A DNA stretch of 64,000 nucleotides from Candidatus Izemoplasmatales bacterium (GCA_050949045.1 JBMNEZ010000001.1:1292139-1356138), one strand, 5' to 3'. Positions 8,852 through 18,697 are shown, counted from the stretch's first letter. The notes: a model not told the origin generated them from the letters alone. A program made the numbers and translations.

Positions 8852-10028
8852 CATAATCCAGGTAATCGCGATCTTCATCGTTCCCTTCTTCATCATCAAA
8901 TTCCATAATTTTAAACTCACTAAGCTTGTGGGAACGATCGGAATGGCATATCTGCTCGGTCTCCTTGTTGCGCTTTCCATCTTTGCCTTGCGCAAGTTAG
9001 GCGTCGATGTTCAGATTAACACTGATATTGGCGAGATCGGCTCTCACGTTGCGATCGGGATTGCGATCCCGCTGCTTTTGTTCAGTTCTAACCTCAAAGA
9101 GGCAAAAAAGTTGTCAAAATCGGTGTTGCTTTCATTTGGTTCGCTGCTTGTTTCTGTGGTTCTTGTTTCAATCATAACATTTTATTTGTATGGAAGAAAA
9201 CTGGAATACGGAGCTGAATTATCGGGAATGGCAATCGGGGTTTATACCGGCGGCACGCCGAATTTGAACGCGATCGCCAACATTTTCGGTCTGGACGCGA
9301 CCACGATCGGCATCGCCAATCTTTCCGACATGCTCATCGGCGCCGTTTTCTATATGTTTCTGTTGCTCTTTTGCAAGCCCCTTTTATCCAAGTTTTTGAA
9401 AGCTCCGCAGACATTCGATTACATGCGGGAGGAGACTTCGATTACCAACACCGAAGATTTTGATTTCAAGGAATTCAAGCGCTCCAAACCGCTTGTCAAG
9501 GCATTCTTCCTAGCTTTTGGAATGGCTGCGTTAGGAGCCGGCCTTGGGGTGTTGGTTTGGGTCATTTTGGGGATGCAAGAAGGAAAAATGACGGATCTTC
9601 TGGTTCCAACAATGATGATTACCGTCACTGTTCTCGGTATTTTGGGCTCTTTCAACAAAAAGATCCGGGGAGTCAAAGGAACCAACGTTGTCGGCCAATA
9701 CCTGATCCTCGTCTTCTCCTTTGCACTCGCTTCATCGATGGACTTGATGAAAGTTCAAGGAGACTTCTTAAAAATCATGCTGGTGTTTCTATCGGTGACA
9801 ATCGGCAGTTTCGTTGTTCATATCATTTTTTCCAAGTTATTGAATATTGATGTCGACTGTGCGATAGTGACCGCAACAGCCGGCATCTATGGACTGGCTT
9901 TCATTCCAGCAGTAACCAAGCAAATTAAAAATGACGCTCTGACCGTTCCTGGATTGATTTGTGGGTCGATCGGATATGCAATCGGCACCTTTCTTGGAGT
10001 AGGCGTCAGCCTTCTACTCATGCTTTGA
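8841..10028 (+). CDS. DUF819 family membrane protein (putative transporter)
   Basis: About 10-11 TM segments; AIPLLLFSSNL, GVYTGGTPNLNA and GSIGYAIGTFLG motifs. Confidence 0.75.
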   Translation: MIYSIIQVIAIFIVPFFIIKFHNFKLTKLVGTIGMAYLLGLLVALSIFALRKLGVDVQINTDIGEIGSHVAIGIAIPLLLFSSNLKEAKKLSKSVLLSFGSLLVSVVLVSIITFYLYGRKLEYGAELSGMAIGVYTGGTPNLNAIANIFGLDATTIGIANLSDMLIGAVFYMFLLLFCKPLLSKFLKAPQTFDYMREETSITNTEDFDFKEFKRSKPLVKAFFLAFGMAALGAGLGVLVWVILGMQEGKMTDLLVPTMMITVTVLGILGSFNKKIRGVKGTNVVGQYLILVFSFALASSMDLMKVQGDFLKIMLVFLSVTIGSFVVHIIFSKLLNIDVDCAIVTATAGIYGLAFIPAVTKQIKNDALTVPGLICGSIGYAIGTFLGVGVSLLLML

Positions 10029-10097
10029 GATCAAGCGCTATCTTGTTTTAGACACCTTTTACTTGCATAATACATTGAAAAGAAGTGTTGGCGATAA

Positions 10098-10514
10098 ATG
10101 AACTTGATAACGGAGAAATCGTGCGGCGGCGTTGTTTTCCGTTCGTTCGACTCAATCAGGCAGTATTTGCTTGTCCATATGCTTTCCGGCCATTGGTCTT
10201 TTCCCAAGGGGCATATGGAGACAGGGGAATCAGAAAAGGAAACTGCAATGCGCGAGATTAAGGAAGAAACCAATCTTGATGTCGACATCGTTCCCGGATT
10301 TCGAGAATCGATCACCTATTCTCCCCGAAGCTTTGTCGTCAAGGAAGTGGTATATTTCCTTTGTCGCCCGAACATTGCCGATGTGATTCCCCAATTCGAG
10401 GAAATCCAAGGGGCAAAATGGTTCAATTTCAATGAGGCTTTGAATCAGTTAACTTACCAGAAAGACCGAAATATTCTTCAACTGGCAGAAGCCTTTATAA
10501 ATCGAATAAAATAG
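10098..10514 (+). CDS. NUDIX hydrolase (Ap4A hydrolase-like)
   Basis: EKSCGGVV and Nudix box WSFPKGHMETGESEKETAMREIKEETNL. Confidence 0.9.
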   Translation: MNLITEKSCGGVVFRSFDSIRQYLLVHMLSGHWSFPKGHMETGESEKETAMREIKEETNLDVDIVPGFRESITYSPRSFVVKEVVYFLCRPNIADVIPQFEEIQGAKWFNFNEALNQLTYQKDRNILQLAEAFINRIK

Positions 10515-10547
10515 TTGTTTTTTACCACTTGGTTTGCTCTTATTTTA

Positions 10548-10576
10548 TTGACAACGCTTACATATTGCTATATAAT
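10548..10576 (+). promoter_or_regulatory. Sigma70/sigmaA promoter of the lysine fermentation operon
   Basis: Perfect TTGACA (10548-10553), 17 bp, TATAAT (10571-10576). Confidence 0.85.
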
Positions 10577-10594
10577 ATTTGACGGAAATATCCA

Positions 10595-10756
10595 AACAGA
10601 GGAGCGGCATATGGAGTACTTTGCCGGTATCGATGAGGCGGGCCTCAGACACGGCAAAAGAAGGGATATGTCGCCGAAAGACGACTTCTGCCCGCGGTTG
10701 TTATCTTGGTATTGAAGCCACCGCTTCCATACTGCCATCGCTGATGGAGAGCTGTT
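10595..10756 (+). ncRNA. Lysine riboswitch (L-box) aptamer
   Basis: AGAGGAGCG...AGTA...GAAGGG...CGCCGAA...TACTGCC...GGAGAGCT; P1 AACAG/CTGTT; upstream of lysine catabolic genes. Confidence 0.88.
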
Positions 10757-10782
10757 ATATGCATAATATGACAGCTCTTTTT
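10748..10782 (+). terminator. Intrinsic terminator overlapping the 3' end of the lysine aptamer
   Basis: AGAGCTGTTATAT-GCATA-ATATGACAGCTCT followed by TTTT. Confidence 0.75.
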
Positions 10783-10802
10783 ATTACAAGGAGGGAATCA
10801 AA

Positions 10803-11234
10803 TTGAACTGTTATCCAATTGATAAACTCAGTCTTAATCAGGAAGCGGTTTATACAAAGACAATCACGCTTGAAGACATCGAAAGTTTTGCTCGGATCAC
10901 CGGTGATCACAATCCCGTCCATATGGATGAGGCTTACGCGGCAAAAACACCGTTTGGTTCCCGCGTTGCCCACGGGATGCTGGCAGGATCATTGTTCAGC
11001 ACCATCTTCGGCGTTGTTCTGCCGGGTCTTGGCAGCATCTATACCAAGCAGAACTTAAAATTCACGAAACCAGTCTATCCCGGTGACACAATCACGGCAA
11101 AAGTCATCATCAAGGAACTGATCATCGAAAGAAATCGAGTGGTTTTCGATTGTTTGGCAACCAATCAAAACAATGAAACCGTCATTGTCGGCGAAGCGGA
11201 GATCATGCCGACAAAAACAGAGATTAAGAAGTGA
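10803..11234 (+). CDS. MaoC family (R)-specific enoyl-CoA hydratase/dehydratase
   Basis: FARITGDHNPVHMD..YA..TPFG.RVAHGML hydratase-2 motif; TTG start after SD AGGAGG. Confidence 0.9.
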   Translation: MNCYPIDKLSLNQEAVYTKTITLEDIESFARITGDHNPVHMDEAYAAKTPFGSRVAHGMLAGSLFSTIFGVVLPGLGSIYTKQNLKFTKPVYPGDTITAKVIIKELIIERNRVVFDCLATNQNNETVIVGEAEIMPTKTEIKK

Positions 11235-11358
11235 AGGGCATAATTATAAAACAAAGAATCCAAGAACTTTTGAAAGATTGAATGACAATCATGATCAAAG
11301 ACACTGAAACCAAATAAATTGGCAACAATGTGATACCTATGAAAGGAATGTGATACTG

Positions 11359-11742
11359 ATGAAGACAACCTTGAGGGTTCGTATGTCTCAACTTGATGCT
11401 CATTACGGCGGAAATCTCGTCGACGGAGCCAGGATCATGGCTCTCTTTGGCGACGTCGCCACCGAACTGTTGATTCAAAACGACGGAGACGAAGGGCTTT
11501 TCCGCTCATACTCGGAAGTCAATTTTCTCGCTCCGGTTTTTGCGGGTGATTTTCTTGAAGTTACCGGTGAAATCATCCATGTCGGCAACACTTCGAGAAA
11601 AATAGAGTTTGCCTGTTACAAATACGTGGCCGCGAGACCGGATCTCAGCCCTTCGGCTGCCGATTATCTAACGGACAAAGTGCTCGTTGCCACGGCGACG
11701 GGAACCTGTGTGGTTCCGAAAAATTCACAAAGGCAACCATGA
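11359..11742 (+). CDS. kal: 3-aminobutyryl-CoA ammonia-lyase
   Basis: [33 protein letters not shown]; hot-dog fold; operon context. Confidence 0.92.
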   Translation: MKTTLRVRMSQLDAHYGGNLVDGARIMALFGDVATELLIQNDGDEGLFRSYSEVNFLAPVFAGDFLEVTGEIIHVGNTSRKIEFACYKYVAARPDLSPSAADYLTDKVLVATATGTCVVPKNSQRQP

Positions 11743-12578
11743 ACAAGCTGATCATCACCTGCGCGATCACGGGTGCGGAAGTCACCAAAGCAATGAATCC
11801 CGCGGTTCCCTATACCATCCAGGAAATTCAAGAGGCTGCTTACGAGGCTTATTTGGCCGGCGCCAGCATCATCCACTTGCATGCCCGTTTTGACGACGGA
11901 ACTCCGACACAGGATAAGGCAAGATACCAGAAATTGATCGCTGCCATTCGTGAGAAAGCCAGGGATGTGATCATCCAAGTTTCCACCGGAGGTGCGGTCG
12001 GAATGACAAGAACAGAACGCGCCCAGCCGCTCATGCTCGATCCGGAAATGGCGACGCTCGACTGTGGGACTCTCAATTTCGGTGGCGACGATATCTTCGT
12101 CAACACCGAAAACGACATCATTTATTTCGCCAAACTTATGAATGATAAAGGCATCCGTTATGAGCTTGAATGCTTTGAAAAAGGCCATATAGATATGGCT
12201 CTACGGCTTTTTAAGAAAGGAATCATCAAAGAGCCGCTCCATTTTAGTTTTGTCCTTGGTGTGAACGGCGGCATGACTGGTGAAGAACGTGACTTTCATT
12301 TTCTTAGGGAAAGCATCCCCGAAAAAGCCACTTTCAGTGTCGCCGGTATTGGGCGGTATGAATTTCCTCTGGCCAGATACGCGATTCAAACCGGCGGGCA
12401 TGTCCGCGTTGGTTTGGAAGACAATCTATATCTTGAAAAGAATGTTTTGGCGGGATCGAACCGGGAATTGGTGGAGAAAGTTGTCAACATCGCAAAAGAA
12501 TACAAGCGAGCGATCGCCTCTCCCGAGGAAGCCAGGGCGATCCTGAGAATGGAGAGCAGATATGGAAAAACCGTCTAG
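11739..12578 (+). CDS. kce: 3-keto-5-aminohexanoate cleavage enzyme
   Basis: [41 protein letters not shown]. Confidence 0.93.
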   Translation: MNKLIITCAITGAEVTKAMNPAVPYTIQEIQEAAYEAYLAGASIIHLHARFDDGTPTQDKARYQKLIAAIREKARDVIIQVSTGGAVGMTRTERAQPLMLDPEMATLDCGTLNFGGDDIFVNTENDIIYFAKLMNDKGIRYELECFEKGHIDMALRLFKKGIIKEPLHFSFVLGVNGGMTGEERDFHFLRESIPEKATFSVAGIGRYEFPLARYAIQTGGHVRVGLEDNLYLEKNVLAGSNRELVEKVVNIAKEYKRAIASPEEARAILRMESRYGKTV

Positions 12579-13602
12579 ATTCGGAACCCACCGCGTTATT
12601 AAACCCAAAGGCGTTTTGCCTCAGGCGGCGGACAAGTTGGACAACGAGATGGTTTGTCGGGAAAACGAAATATTAATTGATGTGACGACACTCAATGTCG
12701 ATTCAGCGTCGTTCACTCAAATCAAAGCCGCCTGTCATGACGATATTTCCCTAATGAAAGAGATGATCATGAAAATCGTTTCCGAAAGAGGGAAATTGCA
12801 AAATCCCGTAACCGGATCGGGAGGAATGTTTATTGGCATAGTTAAAGAAATTGGTAAGAGCCTCAAAAGAGACCTCAAGCCCGGCGATGAGATCGCTTCG
12901 CTCGTTTCTTTATCCTTAACACCAATTAAGATTGACAAGATCCATGCCATACATCAGGAACAATGCCAAGTCGACATCACCGGCCAAGCGATCCTTTTTG
13001 AATCGGGAATCTATGCAAAAATTCCCAAAGACTTGCCTTCAAAGCTCGTGCTTTCGGCGCTTGATGTCTGCGGAGCTCCGGCTCAGACGGCGAAACTCGT
13101 CAAGCCCAAAGACAGCGTCTTTATCATCGGCGGAGCCGGGAAAAGCGGTTTGCTCTGTGCCTACCAAGCACGAAAATCAGCGACCAAAAGCGGAAAAATC
13201 ATCGCTCTCATCAACGACGAACGGCAAAAGCCGGATCTTGAACGTCTCGGGGTGTGTGATCATATTATTTTAGGCGATGCACGTAAACCGGTCGATGTCT
13301 ATGAACAGGTTCTCGCTGTCAACGACAATCAAAAAGTAGATGTGACGATCAATGTCGTCAACGTACCGAATACGGAGCTATCCTCGATTATGCCGACAAA
13401 GGACGAGGGAATGGTCTATTTCTTCAGTATGGCTACCTCGTTTACCAAGGCTGCTCTTGGAGCCGAGGGGATCGCCTCGGAGGTGAAGATGCTGATTGGC
13501 AATGGCTATACGAAAAACCATGCGGAACTGACGCTTGATTTGTTCCGAGAATCCCGACAACTATATGATATTTTTATGGAAAGATACGGAAAGTTGGAAT
13601 AA
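12562..13602 (+). CDS. kdd: L-erythro-3,5-diaminohexanoate dehydrogenase
   Basis: FGTHRVI.PKGVLPQAA, RGKLQNPVTGSGGM, SLVSLSLTP, YFFSMATSFTKAALGAEG. Confidence 0.93.
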   Translation: MEKPSRFGTHRVIKPKGVLPQAADKLDNEMVCRENEILIDVTTLNVDSASFTQIKAACHDDISLMKEMIMKIVSERGKLQNPVTGSGGMFIGIVKEIGKSLKRDLKPGDEIASLVSLSLTPIKIDKIHAIHQEQCQVDITGQAILFESGIYAKIPKDLPSKLVLSALDVCGAPAQTAKLVKPKDSVFIIGGAGKSGLLCAYQARKSATKSGKIIALINDERQKPDLERLGVCDHIILGDARKPVDVYEQVLAVNDNQKVDVTINVVNVPNTELSSIMPTKDEGMVYFFSMATSFTKAALGAEGIASEVKMLIGNGYTKNHAELTLDLFRESRQLYDIFMERYGKLE

Positions 13603-13603
13603 T

Positions 13604-14869
13604 ATGATTAAGACGAATGATACGTATTTAATTAGGAAAACAAAATATTTTCCTGACGTCTCCGATGACAAGTGGTCGGATTGGCATTGGCAAGTCAAAA
13701 ATCGAATCACCAGTGTCGAGGCTTTAAAAAAATTCATACCGCAATCCGAACAAGAACAAGATGATATCAAGAATGTCCTTTCCAAATTCAGGATGGCGAT
13801 CACTCCTTATTATCTGACTTTGATCGACCCAGACAATCCGGATTGCCCGATCAAGAAACAAGCGGTCCCCGGGGTTGAAGAGTTGATTCAAGGGAAGAAC
13901 GATCTTCTTGATCCTCTTGACGAGGATGTTGATTCGCCGGTTCCCGGACTGACACACCGTTATCCCGACCGGGTGCTTTTTCTGATCACCGATATGTGCA
14001 GTATGTACTGCAGGCATTGTACAAGAAGAAGATTTGCCGGCCAAAAAGACATGCCCGCGCCCAAACAAAGGATTGACCAGGCTATCGAGTACATCGCCAG
14101 AACTCCCGCGATTCGCGATGTGCTTTTGTCCGGCGGAGACGCTTTGTTGATGGAAGATGAGGTTTTAGAAGATATCATCGCCAGAATCCGAGCGATCGAT
14201 CACGTCGAGATTATCAGAATCGGCACTAGGACACCTGTCGTTATGCCGCAAAGGATAACCGACAGTCTGGTGAATATGCTCAAGAAGTATCATCCGATTT
14301 GGGTCAACACCCATTTCAATCATTATGATGAAATCACCCTTGAAAGTCGCAAAGCCATCGAGAAATTGGTCAATGCCGGTATTCCGCTAGGGAATCAGAG
14401 CGTGCTGCTCAGGGGCGTCAACGATTGTGTCCACATCATGAGGAAACTAGTCACCAAGTTGACCGAGATTAGAGTAAGGCCATATTATCTTTATCAATGC
14501 GATTTGTCGCTTGGGATCGAACACTTCCGAACACCGGTTTCTAAAGGCATCGAGATCATTGAAGGCCTTCGGGGGCATGTCAGCGGTTTCTGTGTACCGA
14601 CGTTTGTCGTTGACGGACCAAAGGGCGGCGGAAAGATCCCGGTGATGCCCAATTATATCGTTTCTCAAGCACCGGGAAAAATCGTGCTCAGAAACTACGA
14701 AGGTGTCATCACCACATACAGCGAACCTAGGGATTATACCTCTAAATGTAATTGCGAAGATTGTCAAAAGAATGGCCGTAACGAAGGCATCAGCGCGCTT
14801 CTTAGCGGCCAGAAGATTGTCATCGAACCCAGCTCCCTTGAAAGAAGAGAACGAACATCAAAACACTAG
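13604..14869 (+). CDS. kamA: L-lysine 2,3-aminomutase (radical SAM, PLP)
   Basis: THRYPDRVL, CSMYCRHCTRRR (CxxxCxxC), GGGKIP; likely ATG at 13604. Confidence 0.96.
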   Translation: MIKTNDTYLIRKTKYFPDVSDDKWSDWHWQVKNRITSVEALKKFIPQSEQEQDDIKNVLSKFRMAITPYYLTLIDPDNPDCPIKKQAVPGVEELIQGKNDLLDPLDEDVDSPVPGLTHRYPDRVLFLITDMCSMYCRHCTRRRFAGQKDMPAPKQRIDQAIEYIARTPAIRDVLLSGGDALLMEDEVLEDIIARIRAIDHVEIIRIGTRTPVVMPQRITDSLVNMLKKYHPIWVNTHFNHYDEITLESRKAIEKLVNAGIPLGNQSVLLRGVNDCVHIMRKLVTKLTEIRVRPYYLYQCDLSLGIEHFRTPVSKGIEIIEGLRGHVSGFCVPTFVVDGPKGGGKIPVMPNYIVSQAPGKIVLRNYEGVITTYSEPRDYTSKCNCEDCQKNGRNEGISALLSGQKIVIEPSSLERRERTSKH

Positions 14870-15879
14870 TCGAGAAAATCATCCCTTATCAGATCATCAG
14901 CATTATCGGCAACGCCAAAAACGCCGGCAAGACAACTGTCTTGAACAGTTTCATACCGGATTTTGCCACCGAAGCCGTTGGCTTGACATCAATCGGCATG
15001 GATGGAGAGGCGATCGACAATTTGACGTTTCTTCCAAAACCGCGAGTGACAGCTTATCCTGGCTTTTTAGTTGCCACTGCCGAAAAATGCCTTGATGTCT
15101 GCGAGGCAGAATATGAGTTAATTGAAAAAACCAATCTTAGAACACCGCTTGGACAAATATCAATCGTCAAGATCAACAAAGCCGGGCGTGTATTGATCGC
15201 CGGACCCTCAAAGATTAACGATATGGAAATAGTGGTTAATAAGATGCTTTCCCTTGGTGCGGCCAAGGTTTTCATTGATGGCGCTTTTTCGAGGAGATCC
15301 TCCTCGAAACTCGCTACAGCGACGATCCTGGTGATCGGCGCCAACCGCTCTCCGGTTATGGAAACGGTTCTAAGGGATGCACGAATCATCGTTGACAAAC
15401 TGACCATCAAGGGAGTGGAAAAGAAACTCGAACCCCTTAATAGATGCAAACAGATCATAGCCGTTGATGACAAAGACAACTTTCACAAATATGATGGAGA
15501 TTCTGTCATCACCGAACCGGAAAAAGTCTTTGATTGGATCAACTCTCGGTGGAAATACCTCTATGTTCCAAACGCAGTGGGAATCGTATTTTTAAGATTG
15601 ATGGTAAAAGACTTGTCCAAAAAATTCATCCTAGTGATGAATGATCCCGCGAGCTTGCAGACCGACGAAACACTCGATAAACAGATCGGCGCTCTCAAAG
15701 ATCGGTTACGCGTCATCCGTCCCGTCAATCTTGTGGCGGTATGCATCAACCCAACATCCCCCCGCGGATATGTTTTTGAAGAACAAATTTTTCATAGAGA
15801 ATTGGAAAGTAGATTGAATCTTAAAGTGATAAACGTATTAACAAAGGTCGGTGATGATCATGAACAAACTCAATCTTGA
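14851..15879 (+). CDS. kamB: KamB-like P-loop accessory protein of lysine 5,6-aminomutase; apparent start is ACG
   Basis: Frame open from 14842. The P-loop IIGNAKNAGKTTVLN lies upstream of the first TTG (14941). Also GLTSIGMDGE, TPLG, LIAGP and FIDGAFSR; located between kamA and kamD. Confidence 0.75.
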   Translation, partial: TNIKTLVEKIIPYQIISIIGNAKNAGKTTVLNSFIPDFATEAVGLTSIGMDGEAIDNLTFLPKPRVTAYPGFLVATAEKCLDVCEAEYELIEKTNLRTPLGQISIVKINKAGRVLIAGPSKINDMEIVVNKMLSLGAAKVFIDGAFSRRSSSKLATATILVIGANRSPVMETVLRDARIIVDKLTIKGVEKKLEPLNRCKQIIAVDDKDNFHKYDGDSVITEPEKVFDWINSRWKYLYVPNAVGIVFLRLMVKDLSKKFILVMNDPASLQTDETLDKQIGALKDRLRVIRPVNLVAVCINPTSPRGYVFEEQIFHRELESRLNLKVINVLTKVGDDHEQTQS

Positions 15880-17410
15880 TCAACTAACGATCGCCAAATG
15901 CCGGGAACGGGCCAACAAGATCGCTACCGATGTGCATAATTTCATCCATCAACACACCACCGTCTCGGTCGAAAGGACGGCTTGTCGTTTGCTTGGTATT
16001 GATGGTGTTGATAAATTCGATGTTCCTATAGTCAACTTGATCGTTGATGATATTCTTAAAAATGGCGATCTCGGCTTGGGCGTTTCAACCTATCTTGCGG
16101 CCAGCCTGAAAGCAACCAATCTTGATCTATCGACTTTAGTCGAAAGATTTCTTGATGGCCGGGAAAGCCTGACAAAACACCCTTTACCCGGCGCCGAAGA
16201 GACTACAACAATCCTTAGACCGTATTTTGAAAACCCTCTTTCCCAAATCAAGAAAAACCGTAAACTGAGAAGCGAACTAAAGAATAAATATCCGCGAAAA
16301 CAAACGGAAATATATGTTATCGTCGCCACTGGCAACATCTATGAAGATGAGATTCAAGCGAAAGCGGCTGCCAAGGCCGGCGCTGACATCATCGCTGTGA
16401 TCAGATCGACGGGCCAGTCCCTGCTTGACTATGTTCCCTACGGGATCACTACCGAAGGTTTTGGCGGCACTTATGCGACCCAGGCAAATTTCAAACTAAT
16501 GCGGCAAGCCCTTGATGAAGTATCACAAAGCGAACAACGCTATATCAGCCTTGTCAATTACGCTTCCGGATTATGCATGCCCGAAATTGCCGCAATGGCC
16601 GCTTTGGAACGGCTTGATATCTTATTAAATGATAGTCTTTATGGGATCATTTTTCGCGATATTAATATGCAAAGAACTTTCATTGATCAATATTTTTCCC
16701 GGCTGATCAACGCCTATGCCGGTATCATCATCAATACCGGGGAAGACAATTATCTAACGACAAGCGATGCTTTCGAGGAAGCTCACACCGTGTTGGCTTC
16801 GCAGTTCATCAATGAAGCGTTTGCTAAAAAAGCGCGTCTTCCGGAAAACCTAATGGGACTTGGCCATGCATTTGAAATCGATCCACTGATCAAGGACAGT
16901 TTTCTGTTTGAGTTGGCCCAAGCCCAAATGGCTAGAGAAATTTTTCCGAATGCGCCGCTCAAATATATGCCGCCGACAAAACACATAACTGGCAATATTT
17001 TCAGGGCTTACCAACAAAACACTATGTTCAACATGGTTGCTTCTATGACCGGCCAGTCGATCCATCTCCTTGGGATGATGACGGAAGCGATCCATACACC
17101 ATTTATGGCGGATCGTTATTTGGCGATCGAAAACGCCAAACTTGTCAATAACGCAGTGGCTTCATTTCAGGATGAGATCAGTTTCAAATCCGGAGGCTTG
17201 ATCGAGACTAGGGCAAAAACCGTTTTGGACAATGCTAAAGCGCTTTTGGACCATATTGAGGAGATTGGCCTCTTCAAGGCGCTTGAAGCCGGAATGTTTG
17301 CCGGCACCAAAAGGCCATTTGCCGGCGGTAAGGGGCTCGATGGCGTAGTAAAGAAAAACAGAACATATGTCAATGTCATCCAACAGGCGATGGAAGGTGA
17401 GTTGTCATGA
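15860..17410 (+). CDS. kamD: D-lysine 5,6-aminomutase alpha subunit
   Basis: TTVSVERT..RLLGIDGVD, YVIVATGNIYED, TTEGFGGTYATQ, NYASGLCMPEIA. Confidence 0.95.
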   Translation: MNKLNLDQLTIAKCRERANKIATDVHNFIHQHTTVSVERTACRLLGIDGVDKFDVPIVNLIVDDILKNGDLGLGVSTYLAASLKATNLDLSTLVERFLDGRESLTKHPLPGAEETTTILRPYFENPLSQIKKNRKLRSELKNKYPRKQTEIYVIVATGNIYEDEIQAKAAAKAGADIIAVIRSTGQSLLDYVPYGITTEGFGGTYATQANFKLMRQALDEVSQSEQRYISLVNYASGLCMPEIAAMAALERLDILLNDSLYGIIFRDINMQRTFIDQYFSRLINAYAGIIINTGEDNYLTTSDAFEEAHTVLASQFINEAFAKKARLPENLMGLGHAFEIDPLIKDSFLFELAQAQMAREIFPNAPLKYMPPTKHITGNIFRAYQQNTMFNMVASMTGQSIHLLGMMTEAIHTPFMADRYLAIENAKLVNNAVASFQDEISFKSGGLIETRAKTVLDNAKALLDHIEEIGLFKALEAGMFAGTKRPFAGGKGLDGVVKKNRTYVNVIQQAMEGELS

Positions 17411-18141
17411 AAGTCAGACCATATGGAGATACCTTGTCGGATGGCAAAGTTCAAATAAGTTTCACTTTGCCTGTGGGAGCGGATGCAGTTGGCATCGAAG
17501 CCGCAAAAGTCCTGGCAAAGGAAATGGGATTGGTAGATCCCCAGGTTGTTAACGTCGAAGCAATCGGCGAAGGGTTCTCGTTTTTCATCATCTACGGAAC
17601 GGTACCTTTTACGGTCGATTTGGACAAAATTCATGTCGAAGAGGTTAAAACCAGAGCTTACTCTCGCGAGGAGATTGAGGACTTGATCGAGACGAAAATC
17701 GGTCGGACAATCGTTTTTGTCGGCGCCTCGACAGGTACCGACGCACATACCGTCGGTATCGATGCGATTATGAACATGAAAGGTTTTGCCGGCCATTACG
17801 GGCTGGAACGCTACAAGCATATCAAAGCTCATAACCTTGGCAGCCAAGTGCCTAATGAAGAGTTCGTCAAACAAGCCAAACTGCTCAAAGCCGATGTGTT
17901 GCTTGTCAGCCAGACGGTCACCCAGAAAGATATCCATCTCCGCAACATGACTGAGCTTGTCGAGCTTTTGGAAGCCGAAAACCTGCGCGACAAAGTCATT
18001 TTGATTGCGGGAGGAGCGAGAATAACTCATGAGCTCGCCAAGGAACTCGGCTACGACGCCGGCTTTGGCCCGGGGTCGTTTGCCGAAGATGTCGCCTCGT
18101 TTGCGGTTCAGGAATTGATTGACCGTGGGAAAGGTGTATAA
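17407..18141 (+). CDS. kamE: D-lysine 5,6-aminomutase beta subunit (B12-binding)
   Basis: PYGDTLSDGKVQISFTLP and GTDAHTVGIDAIMNMKG (DxHxxG plus PLP lysine). Confidence 0.95.
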   Translation: MKVRPYGDTLSDGKVQISFTLPVGADAVGIEAAKVLAKEMGLVDPQVVNVEAIGEGFSFFIIYGTVPFTVDLDKIHVEEVKTRAYSREEIEDLIETKIGRTIVFVGASTGTDAHTVGIDAIMNMKGFAGHYGLERYKHIKAHNLGSQVPNEEFVKQAKLLKADVLLVSQTVTQKDIHLRNMTELVELLEAENLRDKVILIAGGARITHELAKELGYDAGFGPGSFAEDVASFAVQELIDRGKGV

Positions 18142-18172
18142 TAAAAGCGAAAGTTGCCAAAAGGAGGAAACT

Positions 18173-18697
18173 ATGAAATCTGCCAGCATTAGCGTGATAT
18201 CCACAAAGACCGGAGACAAGGGATACTCGAGTGATTATTCGGGCAAAAGGCATAAAAAAAATGACAAACTTTTTGAGGTGCTCGGAACCATCGACGAACT
18301 CAGTTCCTGGATTGGGATCTGTTATCAAGCGACAAAAAAAGCAGAACTCAGAAAAATCCAAACCAACCTCCAGACCATCAATTCGATGATTGCAACTTCG
18401 CCAGAGCATCCGAACTACCTCAAACTAACGCTTCTCAATGCAACAGATGTCGCTTGGCTCGAAGCCAACGAACAGACATTACTTGACAAGGTTGATTTCA
18501 AAAAGGCATTCATCCTTCCGGGAAGCGACAGTTCAAAAGAAGGAGCTTGGTTTGATCTTGCCCGCGCGGTTGCCAGGCGGGCGGAAAGGCGTTTCTTTGC
18601 TTACCTTAATTTGACTAAACGGACTGATTTGGATCAATGCGGAAGCTATCTTAACCGCTTGAGCGATCTTCTTTTTCTTATGGCAAGAGCGAGTTGA
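18173..18697 (+). CDS. pduO: PduO-type ATP:cob(I)alamin adenosyltransferase
   Basis: TKTGDKG, GTIDELSSWIG, FILPG, RAVARRAER, YLNRLSDLLF; SD AGGAGG. Confidence 0.9.
   Translation: MKSASISVISTKTGDKGYSSDYSGKRHKKNDKLFEVLGTIDELSSWIGICYQATKKAELRKIQTNLQTINSMIATSPEHPNYLKLTLLNATDVAWLEANEQTLLDKVDFKKAFILPGSDSSKEGAWFDLARAVARRAERRFFAYLNLTKRTDLDQCGSYLNRLSDLLFLMARAS

Noticed and set aside
10515..10806. ORFs 10515..10715 and 10579..10806
   Set aside because: They overlap the promoter and lysine riboswitch, with no SD or recognisable protein.
17167..18219. 350-aa minus-strand ORF
   Set aside because: Antisense shadow of kamD/kamE with no recognisable motifs.
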